A stretch of 64,000 nt of DNA from the IMG/VR virus record IMGVR_UViG_3300033388_002987, positions 53,955-117,954 of that record. The stretch is one strand, 5' to 3'. The position numbers were made by a program, and so were the translations under genes. The number at the start of each line of letters is the position of its first letter. Position 1 is the stretch's first letter. Positions 38,809 to 48,148 of this stretch are shown piece by piece. Under the pieces are notes generated by a model. The model made no database searches and was not told the DNA's origin. It saw only the letters and a program-made list of their open reading frames with translations. This stretch comes from a virus.

Positions 38809-41800
38809 TAACAGTCCTTCATGTCTATATTATTTTTAGCTAACAGTTGCTGTAACCCTTTACTAGATTTAACTAGTAACATTACATTATCTCTAATTGT
38901 GGCATTATACTCAGATTCAGTATCTTTCGCAACACTGAGTATTTCGTTAACTGGTTTTGCTCTAGCCTTTTTCTTAGCTTTTTCTATCTTAACATCTAAA
39001 GCATCAAGCTCTTTATTAGTCTCATCCAACTCATCTTGTGTAGCAATAGGGTCAGCCTCCACAGGAGCCTCTTTAGTCTCAACAGGAGTACTTACCTTAG
39101 AAGTTTCTTTTGGAGCCTCCCCTGGTCTAATCATATTCCTTATAGATGTATCCTCAGCACCAGTAGGATCTTCTATAAAGTTGTCTTCAAATCCATATCT
39201 ACTATATAACCGTACAAGACGACTTAAAGTACCTACCTCAGGATCTGCTGTCAAAAGTATATCACTATCACCAAAGTTCTCTATAACCTTGGAAAGCAGT
39301 TTACTTGCAAGGCCCTTACCTCTACTGTCAGCACCTACAAATAGTTTACTCAAAGTAATGTCACCATTATCGCTTTGTACGATGTGTGCTGTGGCATTAC
39401 CACCTATACTGTAAATTGTAGTATCACCTTTTTTAGTGATCTTAATAGCCTCCACAAGAGCCTTCGTATCCTCTTTAGAAGTACTTACCTCAGTATCTTC
39501 TTTTGGAGCCTTCTTGACCTCTTTCTGTGACTTTGGTGACGCAGTCTTACCATTAGCAATTCGCTCAAGTTTATCTAACTCAACTTGCTCTTTCTTCATA
39601 ACCTCTGCAAGATTAGCAACTATTGCCACACCCTTATAAGGTCTACCAGCAAGCATTACTTTAATATCATTAGAAGTATTAACAGCTACAGACCTAGCTG
39701 CAGCCTTCGTATCCTCATCCCAAGTCTTCATTATCTTTATATTAGGGTTAACATCTTTAGCACCAACAACCCAAGGCATACCTTGCTCTACATCCCACTC
39801 TTCAACTGCACTAACAAACGTAGCAATCTTACTACGCTGACTTGCAACAAAGTTATTAATCTTTTCAGTGGCATTAGCATTAGGACCTTTAAGTAGCTGA
39901 TTAGCAAACTGTAAAACCCCAAGGCCAAACCTACCACCACCAATTAGTTTCTCTCTAGTAACATCGTATAACGTACTAACAGATGTCTTCTTAAGCTCAA
40001 GTAAATCAACTTGCATCTGATTTAATTCAGCCATAGCAGCTTCATCCTCAAGCACGCTATTTATATGTTTTAACGAGGCAGACGAGCTACCTATAATCTG
40101 AGCTACTTTAGTATCTAAATCAATATCTTTACTATTAATAATACTATCAAGCTCTTTACTACTAGTAGCAGTAGACAGTGCTGTCAACTGTCTTATCTTA
40201 GCATCCACAGCCTTAAGTCTTAGTGGGCCAGCTCCTGCATCCTTTAACTCTTGACGCATCTCTGTCATAGCATTAATACCAGTAGCAACAGCCTCTAACA
40301 TACCAGGCATATAATCAGTAGTATCACCGCCAGCTTCTCTAGCAACAAGCTCTGCAGTGTAATCCTTTATTTGCTGTACGCCATCGGCGTGCATATTATC
40401 AAAGTCTTTACTAATAGCTTGTAAGCCTTCAAACTGCTTCTCATTAAGGCTCTCTAAGTCTTCTAAAGACTCACCTTCAACAGAGTAAGTAGCCATATCT
40501 GCTTCTTCTAAAGCAATAGCAGATGCTTTATCAACATCTTTAGGTACAGCTCCCCCAGTAGTACTTACATCGTAAGTATCTACATTAAGGTCACCTTGAT
40601 CTCTATTACGTTGCTTGTTAGCTTCATCAATACCATCTAGGTCTGGATTAGCTTTTTTAGCAGCAGTTACTGTGTCGTGGCCTGGTCTTACAGCTTCCTT
40701 AGCTTTAGTAGCTAGGTTTTTAGCTTTGTCAACTGCAGCTTCAGTCTTACCCCCAACTATCTCAGCACCTCTACCTAGTACCTCACCACCACCTTTAAGG
40801 GCAGCACCCATACCGAATCCAATAGCAGCTTGATGTGCAGTCTCAGGATCAGTAACTATATCAAGTACAGACCTCTCACCTTCTTTTTGTGTGGCAATAG
40901 CCTCACTTACAGCTTCAGCTCCCTCTTGTAAGAACTCTCCACCACCTGATTTAGTAATTCTTTTAATAACACCACTCTTAGTGCCATCAGCAGTTTTCTT
41001 TACTATATCACTGATACCAGATTTTATCAGTAACTTCTCTGGCACTAGTACAGCTATCTCGGTAAAGAATGTCTGAGCAAGTTTACCTTTACTCATTGGT
41101 TTATTATTATTCTTTTCATACTCTTCAGCGTAGTTTGATGTTCTAGTAGCAGCAACTACTGCAGGTCCACCTGGAATACCTAGTGACAATATCTCACCAG
41201 CACTACCTGCAAGGATTCTGTCTAGTTGGCTCATACCATGTGCAAGTGACTTAATATAGTCAACAGGGTTATCTGCGTTCTTCCATAACTCAGCAGACTC
41301 TTGCATAGCAGTATTATGCTCATTAATAGTTTCTTCAGATACACCAAACTCTCTTTGAGCTGTAGTAGTATCACGAATACCTTCTATTGTTTTACGTGAA
41401 TCTTCATCTATAAAAATACCTGCTTTACCATCACCACCTAATGACTTCTCAACTTCAGATGCCCAAGCATCATACTTAGCAATATTCTCTTTACCTACCA
41501 GGTTCTCTAACATATTAACAGTATCAGCACCAAATTTAGCTACAGCAGCTTGCGCTATATCAATAGTCTCACCGATTCGGCCTTCGGAATCTGACTTAAT
41601 CAATGATGCATACGCTTCAGTACTTGATGCTTTTGTAGGAGTTAGCGGCATTTTACCAATACTAGTTATTCCATCTACAACTGTATCATCTGGTAGTGAG
41701 TACTTACCACCAATAGTACTTATCACACCTAAGTTTCTACCATAGTTATTACGTGGACTTTTATCAAAAGGATTAGGATTAACTTCTTGGTAACTCTCAA

Positions 41801-42221
41801 CTATTGCAGGCAAGTTACTGTAGGATGTCCCAGCTCCTAATATCTCTTTAGCAGAAGCTGCTTGAGCATTACCAGCAGCAAACACATCTTGCACTGATGC
41901 AGGCCTACCCAATTCAACAGATAATAGTGCTTGTTGTTCTTGGATCCTGTTTACGTTACGTGGGTTATTGAACCAAGATTGGCCCTTTGTAGTTTCGTAT
42001 GTATCTATCCCAAGAGCTCTTGTAGAGCTAGGGTCATCACGTAATGTATATGTGTCTGCATCATAGATATCAGATACAACATCTAGTTTATTACGTTTTT
42101 TAGCAGTTCGTTCTTGTAGTTTCGCAAACTTATCGTCGGCTATAGAAGTGGGATTAATAGCTGCAACTTCTGCATCTATGTTAGATAGGTATTGGTTAAA
42201 GTCAAAATTAGCCACGTACAT
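38808..42221 (-). CDS. large ejection protein, part 1 of the split vRNAP locus, with SNase-like and GNAT domains
   Basis: 1137 aa (GTG at 42215 may be the true start, given RBS spacing); DADT/RALGIDTYE/YGR nuclease motifs; RGKGLA...LYSRYGF GNAT motifs; only Cys is the last residue. Confidence 0.72.
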   Translation of the reverse strand: MYVANFDFNQYLSNIDAEVAAINPTSIADDKFAKLQERTAKKRNKLDVVSDIYDADTYTLRDDPSSTRALGIDTYETTKGQSWFNNPRNVNRIQEQQALLSVELGRPASVQDVFAAGNAQAASAKEILGAGTSYSNLPAIVESYQEVNPNPFDKSPRNNYGRNLGVISTIGGKYSLPDDTVVDGITSIGKMPLTPTKASSTEAYASLIKSDSEGRIGETIDIAQAAVAKFGADTVNMLENLVGKENIAKYDAWASEVEKSLGGDGKAGIFIDEDSRKTIEGIRDTTTAQREFGVSEETINEHNTAMQESAELWKNADNPVDYIKSLAHGMSQLDRILAGSAGEILSLGIPGGPAVVAATRTSNYAEEYEKNNNKPMSKGKLAQTFFTEIAVLVPEKLLIKSGISDIVKKTADGTKSGVIKRITKSGGGEFLQEGAEAVSEAIATQKEGERSVLDIVTDPETAHQAAIGFGMGAALKGGGEVLGRGAEIVGGKTEAAVDKAKNLATKAKEAVRPGHDTVTAAKKANPDLDGIDEANKQRNRDQGDLNVDTYDVSTTGGAVPKDVDKASAIALEEADMATYSVEGESLEDLESLNEKQFEGLQAISKDFDNMHADGVQQIKDYTAELVAREAGGDTTDYMPGMLEAVATGINAMTEMRQELKDAGAGPLRLKAVDAKIRQLTALSTATSSKELDSIINSKDIDLDTKVAQIIGSSSASLKHINSVLEDEAAMAELNQMQVDLLELKKTSVSTLYDVTREKLIGGGRFGLGVLQFANQLLKGPNANATEKINNFVASQRSKIATFVSAVEEWDVEQGMPWVVGAKDVNPNIKIMKTWDEDTKAAARSVAVNTSNDIKVMLAGRPYKGVAIVANLAEVMKKEQVELDKLERIANGKTASPKSQKEVKKAPKEDTEVSTSKEDTKALVEAIKITKKGDTTIYSIGGNATAHIVQSDNGDITLSKLFVGADSRGKGLASKLLSKVIENFGDSDILLTADPEVGTLSRLVRLYSRYGFEDNFIEDPTGAEDTSIRNMIRPGEAPKETSKVSTPVETKEAPVEADPIATQDELDETNKELDALDVKIEKAKKKARAKPVNEILSVAKDTESEYNATIRDNVMLLVKSSKGLQQLLAKNNIDMKDC

Positions 42222-42269
42222 CCTTTAAATTAATAAAGGATTATACACTAATTAAATGCTTATTACAAG

Positions 42270-43727
42270 CTATGGTGCTAGTGCAGTACCAGCGGCAGTA
42301 GATAGACTAAGGATATCGCCTAGGTCCCAATACCCCTGCTGTGCGTATCTAGCTTTAGCACGTGCAACAAACTTCTTCTTATCAGAAGTATTCATTTTAT
42401 TAATAGTAGATTCATTAGTTACTAAGAACTTATCAACTGCATCCACATCTTCAGCATCTGTGCTAGTAAGTCCTGAATATAGCTCAGTGGCTACACTAAA
42501 CTTACCATTACCACTAGCTTTCTTAGATTGCTTAGTGGCCCATGCCTTTGCAGCATCAACTGTACTAATACCCCTAGGCATTTTAGGAAAGATTTCTCTA
42601 TACCCACTTACAGTCTTCGCATCTCCAATAACGCCAGCTTTGTACTTAGCCATTGCTAATTGCTCGCTGATAGTTGGTCCTTTAGATTTAGGGAATACCT
42701 CATCCATTTTACTAAGTGCATCAAGCTTAGCTGTTCCACTGATATTATTGTTACCCATGATAGCAGCTCTAAGAGCCTTCTCTTGGTCAGCAAGAGGTAT
42801 ATCAGCAGTCCCTGCTTTGACAGCTTTGACTTCTTTAATTAGGTCAGGAACAGTTTCTACTTTACCAACATTGTTAAGTCTATTACTCAACTCACCAAGG
42901 CCAGATTCAGCTAAAGCTTTCTGGTGTGCTTCATCACTTCTAACCTCAGCAGCTTTAACAGCTTCTGGTGAAAGTGGGGTAACTCCTGTACCAACTCTGT
43001 CAGGAGCAACAGGGTTCAACTCATCTCTTACACCTTGCTTATCCTTCTTACCGAATGATGTTCCAAATAAATTATTAGATGCATCACCTAAGAACTGTCC
43101 TACAGTACTAACAGCGTTTGGAACAGTTAATTGATTAAGCATACGTTGGCCAGTAGCATCTATTTCATAAGGCTTTCCAGAATGCACATTATTAATCATA
43201 TTACGAAGCGCGTTAGAACGTTGCTTATGTTGTTGTGAAACTTCACGTGGAGCAACAGGCACCTGCACAGGATTGTTAAACTTATCAAATGCTATAGCGT
43301 AGTCTTCACCTTTCTTAGTAATCTCACTATCCAGCACTTCCTGCTTAGCAGTTAGAGCAGCATTCCGAGCAATGATTGCCTCACGCTCAGCTTTGTTACC
43401 TTTTACAGCTTCTATTCCAGCAGTAGGTTTAGTCTTAACTACACCAGCAAGCGCAGCAGCCAATGCTTTATCACTAGCAACTTTAGTTGCATAAGTATCA
43501 GCAGCTCTACCCTCTTGTGCTTGCTGTATACCAAGTAAGCTTTCAGCTCTTTGGTTAGTAACTACTTGTTGTGCTAGTCTATTCTTCTCTCTTTGCTCAG
43601 CAGCAAGTCTATCTTGAATAGCCCCTACTCCTGAAGTGAATCCAGAAAAACCTCTCTGAGCATTAGCTAAAGCTTGATTAGAGCCTCCAAAGTTAACACT
43701 TACTGGATTCCATCTTGGTTGTGCCAT
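42270..43727 (-). CDS. internal virion/ejection protein (N4 gp51-like position)
   Basis: Ala/Gln/Gly-rich, Cys-free, syntenic upstream of vRNAP. Confidence 0.6.
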   Translation of the reverse strand: MAQPRWNPVSVNFGGSNQALANAQRGFSGFTSGVGAIQDRLAAEQREKNRLAQQVVTNQRAESLLGIQQAQEGRAADTYATKVASDKALAAALAGVVKTKPTAGIEAVKGNKAEREAIIARNAALTAKQEVLDSEITKKGEDYAIAFDKFNNPVQVPVAPREVSQQHKQRSNALRNMINNVHSGKPYEIDATGQRMLNQLTVPNAVSTVGQFLGDASNNLFGTSFGKKDKQGVRDELNPVAPDRVGTGVTPLSPEAVKAAEVRSDEAHQKALAESGLGELSNRLNNVGKVETVPDLIKEVKAVKAGTADIPLADQEKALRAAIMGNNNISGTAKLDALSKMDEVFPKSKGPTISEQLAMAKYKAGVIGDAKTVSGYREIFPKMPRGISTVDAAKAWATKQSKKASGNGKFSVATELYSGLTSTDAEDVDAVDKFLVTNESTINKMNTSDKKKFVARAKARYAQQGYWDLGDILSLSTAAGTALAP

Positions 43728-43729
43728 AA

Positions 43730-44242
43730 TTATCCTACCTTAGACGTATCTACATATTTTCTAGTAGTAGCAGCTTTAGAAGCAGCAATCTGATCAGCTG
43801 TCATAGCTCCACCACCAAGTGCTAACCCAACATCTGCAGCATTCTGAATCTGTTGATTAATAAGTTGTCCCTGTGTCCCAATATTTCTATTAGCAAGTCC
43901 TTTTTCAAAGTCAAATTGATCTTCTGCAAGTCCAAGAGTTTTATATCCTGTATATGCACTAGCAAGAGAACCAAGTCCTTGTGCTACGTCAAGCGCATCT
44001 CCTAACCCAAATCCGCCACCAGCATCTTGTGCCCCATATCCTTCATTAACAACAGACTGCAAACCACCAGAGCCTTTTAAATTGGTAAATGATTGATTTA
44101 CACCAGCTTGCTCCCCAGGTGTAAGTTTCATGAATGCGGCCTGATCTAATCCTTGGCTACCTAAGAACTGTCCAAAATCAGTACTATTATCCCCAAATCC
44201 GAACATGCCTAAGCCTCTAGATGTTAATGTATTCTCTGCCAT
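43730..44242 (-). CDS. small internal virion/ejection protein (N4 gp52-like position)
   Basis: Gly/Ala-rich, Cys-free; AGGAG RBS; synteny. Confidence 0.6.
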   Translation of the reverse strand: MAENTLTSRGLGMFGFGDNSTDFGQFLGSQGLDQAAFMKLTPGEQAGVNQSFTNLKGSGGLQSVVNEGYGAQDAGGGFGLGDALDVAQGLGSLASAYTGYKTLGLAEDQFDFEKGLANRNIGTQGQLINQQIQNAADVGLALGGGAMTADQIAASKAATTRKYVDTSKVG

Positions 44243-44273
44243 ACTATCTCCTACTTTTTAAATTAATTCCGTC

Positions 44274-44282
44274 ATTATATCA
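44274..44282 (-). promoter_or_regulatory. extended -10 sigma70-type promoter
   Basis: TGATATAAT on the - strand, 32 nt upstream of the 44242 start. Confidence 0.55.
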
Positions 44283-44294
44283 TAAAGATGTAAC

Positions 44295-46583
44295 TTATAC
44301 CATACTAAGTTTTAATTTAGCATCAAAGTAATCTTTACATTTATCATCATAACTAAACAATACATCGTTATTATACTGTATACCTACTGCTTTATAAATC
44401 ATTAAATCTACACTTTCTATATATGGACTAACTTCAGTAGTAGCTAATCCAGCAACATACTCCACACTCAAATACTTATCTAAGTTATCTTGTTTATCCT
44501 CAAACTCATCCATACGTGTATCAAACAAAGAGGCGAATATATCAGTCTCTCTTTCAAGGGCTTCATAACCTTCGGCTGTTTGCATATTAAGAGCTTGCGC
44601 ACTGACTGATAATGTTGTTGCTGTCATTGTCAGTATATTAGCATCTGTAAATCCACCTTCAAATCCCCCACCTACATAGATAGAGGCAGCTATAACAGCA
44701 ACTGTTCCTAAGGCCCTTAAGAATTCATTATCAGTAAGTTTAAATAGCATCTCTAATGCTAGTTGTATTGCCATACCCGCAGCAATATTAATAGCAAGCT
44801 GTATAAGTATATCTACAAACTTACCTCCAAGGCCTGTAACTATAGTTAAAATAACCATTATAACAAACCCAGCTATTTGCATAAATGAGCCAAATGCTTC
44901 TGTCTCATAATATTCCAAGTGTGTTACATTAGCAGCATATGTAGACACTAACATACTCTTCATTAGTAACTCTGACTGTTCTATAGGAGACAGTGAAGAG
45001 GTAAAGAAATATGAAATAGGTACAAAGAACTCAGGTGCTGAGACATTAAATGCCTTAACACCCCACAGTCCTTCTCTATCAATAGCAGTAACACTATTAA
45101 GTTCTCCTATCACTATCTGCGTGTAATATTCTTCGACTCCTTGAAACTGCATAGTAAGAGTAGACCCTACTACATTATGAGTATAATTCCCCACAGGCCC
45201 GATCACTCCAGATACCACTGTTCTAGTTTGACTTGTCCATGCCATAGCATGATTCATAGTATGCTCTTGAAAAGTAGCTACGAAATCATTATTACCATCT
45301 GTGTCTATAAGTCCTGAGTCATCATACATAAAGTTAAACATTTGAAATAATGTTCTAGATACTACTTTAGAAGTATCAGAAGGCTTAACTCCAAAGTGTA
45401 TGAAAGCATCCTCAACGTTATCAATAGTAGGACTAGCCACTAGTCCTTCGGTAAATGTTTCTAAATCAACTCCAAGTATCTCAGTCATAGCTTCAGTGTC
45501 ACTGAGTAAAGCAGATCCTACTAGATCAATAGTATTTACCGTATTAGCTCTCAAAGTTATAACTGGTAACATCTCTAACTCTCCTATATACGTGTTAGAA
45601 GAATCGAGTGTAGGGTGTAAAGCTAACTCTGGGCTATATACCCAATAAAACCACTCACCAAGGACAGTAGTATAATATTTAACAATATAGAACTGTAGTG
45701 GAGAGTATGCCGGTTCATGCAGTACTACTAAGTGTTCCCCTACTACAGTAGTAGGGCCTACAACCACTATATCAACTGAATCAACTACTGTGCCTATAGG
45801 GACAACTTCATCAATATTACTAAGCTCTATAGTAACATCACTTACAACACCTGAAATAGTACTTTCTACTAACGTTCTCTCAGAAACAACTGTATTTACA
45901 TTATCAGTAGTAACATCTATATTAGTAACTACAACAGTTGTTGTAGTAGTAATAGTTGTGGTAATATCTTCTGATGTACTAATAGTTATATCGTACTCAT
46001 TAGTAGTATAGTTATAGTCAATAGTATCTACATTATATGTAAATCCATTATACAGTAGATTATTATTGTAAGGGGTATATCCATACAGTGTTTGTAACTC
46101 AAACCCTACATATTCTTCCTTAGTGGGAACCTGTAACTTAGAGTCTATAATAGTTACATCAAGTCCAGTCTCTACATCTATTATAGTTTTAAGTATAGTA
46201 TTATCTAAGATTCTAGCACTGATATTAGACTCCGGTAACCCGTAAATAGCTGTATCTCTACCGTACTTAAAGTATCCGTTAATCCTACTTCTAGCAACAC
46301 TTGATATTTTCATGAGTTTTTCTATTACAGTAGCATCTGGATCAGCTTGATGATCTAATGCTAATCTAGACATCCATGAGTCTATATCATCATCAGTCAT
46401 CATCCGCTGAGTAACAACCTCAACATCTATAACATCCTCATCCTTTATTCCAAATAAACTAAACGTAAACTCAGCTACAGCATCTAAAGACGAAGGCCAC
46501 ACTACCGCTAATATTTGACCTAGTAGTGGTCCAACAATAACAACTGATATAATCTTAGTAATCGCTTTTACAAAACTACTCAC
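44295..46583 (-). CDS. structural/ejection protein with hydrophobic N-terminus and C-terminal TM-like helices (N4 gp53-like position)
   Basis: 762 aa, GTG start overlapping the upstream stop; hydrophobic segments FMQIAGFVIMVILTIVTGLG and LGTVAVIAASIYVGG; Thr/Val-rich beta region. Confidence 0.62.
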   Translation of the reverse strand: MSSFVKAITKIISVVIVGPLLGQILAVVWPSSLDAVAEFTFSLFGIKDEDVIDVEVVTQRMMTDDDIDSWMSRLALDHQADPDATVIEKLMKISSVARSRINGYFKYGRDTAIYGLPESNISARILDNTILKTIIDVETGLDVTIIDSKLQVPTKEEYVGFELQTLYGYTPYNNNLLYNGFTYNVDTIDYNYTTNEYDITISTSEDITTTITTTTTVVVTNIDVTTDNVNTVVSERTLVESTISGVVSDVTIELSNIDEVVPIGTVVDSVDIVVVGPTTVVGEHLVVLHEPAYSPLQFYIVKYYTTVLGEWFYWVYSPELALHPTLDSSNTYIGELEMLPVITLRANTVNTIDLVGSALLSDTEAMTEILGVDLETFTEGLVASPTIDNVEDAFIHFGVKPSDTSKVVSRTLFQMFNFMYDDSGLIDTDGNNDFVATFQEHTMNHAMAWTSQTRTVVSGVIGPVGNYTHNVVGSTLTMQFQGVEEYYTQIVIGELNSVTAIDREGLWGVKAFNVSAPEFFVPISYFFTSSLSPIEQSELLMKSMLVSTYAANVTHLEYYETEAFGSFMQIAGFVIMVILTIVTGLGGKFVDILIQLAINIAAGMAIQLALEMLFKLTDNEFLRALGTVAVIAASIYVGGGFEGGFTDANILTMTATTLSVSAQALNMQTAEGYEALERETDIFASLFDTRMDEFEDKQDNLDKYLSVEYVAGLATTEVSPYIESVDLMIYKAVGIQYNNDVLFSYDDKCKDYFDAKLKLSMV

Positions 46584-47052
46584 TAGTAAACCCTAATTGG
46601 TTATATAGCTTTGTGAATTTAGTAGTCATATCACTTATCTTAATTACTAATGGAGTTCCGTGATTATGATAGTTACGTATGCTATACCCTACAGTAAGAG
46701 ACTTTAAATAGACAGCATCATCTGTATGAGGTACTACAAGTATTTTGTGGGAAGGAAACTGTGTAAACACTTCGTAAAACATTGCAACAGAAGCTATAGG
46801 ATCACCCCCCCAAATACTTATACCTTCTCCATGTTTCTCAATAATCGTTGTATATATAAACCCAACAAGTTTACCATCATTCATAACTTTATATGCATAC
46901 CCATTCTCAATACTATTAATCATCCTATTCTTATATGTTAACTCATCCATATCATAAGTCACATCAGAAATATACGTGTAGTGTATATCTACATCACTTA
47001 TCTGTGCAGGAGCAACAGTATACTCTTTACCGTACTTAGTAGTATAAACCAT
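46576..47052 (-). CDS. GNAT-like acyltransferase (putative)
   Basis: TVAPAQISDV (beta1/alpha1), YKVMNDGKLVGFIY (beta2-3), C-terminal KLYNQLGF; lacks a clear R/QxxGxG CoA-binding motif. Confidence 0.55.
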   Translation of the reverse strand: MVYTTKYGKEYTVAPAQISDVDIHYTYISDVTYDMDELTYKNRMINSIENGYAYKVMNDGKLVGFIYTTIIEKHGEGISIWGGDPIASVAMFYEVFTQFPSHKILVVPHTDDAVYLKSLTVGYSIRNYHNHGTPLVIKISDMTTKFTKLYNQLGFTSE

Positions 47053-47924
47053 TATTGAGCCTTACCGTTCTTATGAAGTACACACGAGCCATAGAACCCA
47101 CCTAGTCCAGAGGCAACACATAAAACACTAGTTTGCACTCTCACATCATCAATAGCCATACAAAGTTCTAGTACAGCACTTACACCTTGTGCGTGTCCTA
47201 CCTCATCTTTATAATACAGAACTTCTTTACCTCGAACTAGCTCTTCCTCTGCTGCATTATTAGAGGCTGTTCTAGTGCCATGTGGCTTAACTACATCACA
47301 TGGTGTACTAACAAGAGCATAACCTTCTACTGTAGTATTAAACGGGTTACGGTCATACCTATACGCCCATTTAGTATCTGTCACTTCTAGAGGTGTTACT
47401 GTATTGCTGAGCACTATAATAGCTATGCCATCTGCTACAGTAATAGGTATACCATGCTCTTTAAATATTCGCAATGTATTAAAGCTTGTGCGCTCTTCTG
47501 CAATAATAATAACTTCCTCACAGACACCGTCATTTAAAAGTCTTTGAGCTTCATAAATACTATGCATACTGCTAGCACATGTATTACTGTTTATATTAGC
47601 GTACACAACTAATTCATTATTTTCCATTTCACCTATCCACTGGTGCATACTATAAGCTGTAGACTCCTTAATAATTATAGAAGGTTTCGTGTAAGTAACA
47701 GTGCCTACATAGCGACTATTTACCGAAACTATATCTCTACTCTCTGATTGGTGAATATTAAATCCTCCAGCATACAGCACAGCTGTAGGCTTTGATAAAG
47801 TTATCTGGTTTATTAGATTTAAGTACTGCTTAGTAGTGAAATCTACCCTGTTTATATTATCAATCTCTAAGTGATCACCACAATTTATTGTAGCCTTTAT
47901 ATACTCGTAATGTTTGATATACAT
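47052..47924 (-). CDS. minimal beta-ketoacyl-ACP synthase (FabB/FabF-like thiolase fold)
   Basis: NTCASS (catalytic Cys), ADGIAIIVL (GEGA-like), PHGTRT (His), KDEVGHAQG (Lys/His), SGLGG C-terminal motif. Confidence 0.88.
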   Translation of the reverse strand: MYIKHYEYIKATINCGDHLEIDNINRVDFTTKQYLNLINQITLSKPTAVLYAGGFNIHQSESRDIVSVNSRYVGTVTYTKPSIIIKESTAYSMHQWIGEMENNELVVYANINSNTCASSMHSIYEAQRLLNDGVCEEVIIIAEERTSFNTLRIFKEHGIPITVADGIAIIVLSNTVTPLEVTDTKWAYRYDRNPFNTTVEGYALVSTPCDVVKPHGTRTASNNAAEEELVRGKEVLYYKDEVGHAQGVSAVLELCMAIDDVRVQTSVLCVASGLGGFYGSCVLHKNGKAQ

Positions 47925-48148
47925 TTATCTACCATCTCTTTAATAGTAATATTTGAAAAATCTACTGTTGCGAATGGGTCAGTCTTAATAGGGATATCTC
48001 CAAAGTAGTTATATTTGTCATCCAGCTCCATGAACAGTACAGTAACCCCAAAGCTATCAAGGTTAGCATCGGTTAATATGTTAGCTAAGGTAACTCTATT
48101 ACCTTTTTCTTCTCGAATCTTAGAGTTAATAAACTCTAAAACTTCCAT
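47897..48148 (-). CDS. acyl carrier protein
   Basis: 83 aa; DANLDSFGVTVLFMELDDKY matches the ACP phosphopantetheine site consensus DLGxDSLDxxELxxxLEExF; ends TIKEMVDKC (helix IV-like). Confidence 0.82.
   Translation of the reverse strand: MEVLEFINSKIREEKGNRVTLANILTDANLDSFGVTVLFMELDDKYNYFGDIPIKTDPFATVDFSNITIKEMVDKCISNITSI

Noticed and set aside
31549-45648. Many + strand ORFs of 60-290 aa (e.g. 36858, 38821, 42256, 45400)
   Set aside because: They lie antisense to long - strand structural genes, have no RBS or motifs, and their composition mirrors the sense-strand codon bias
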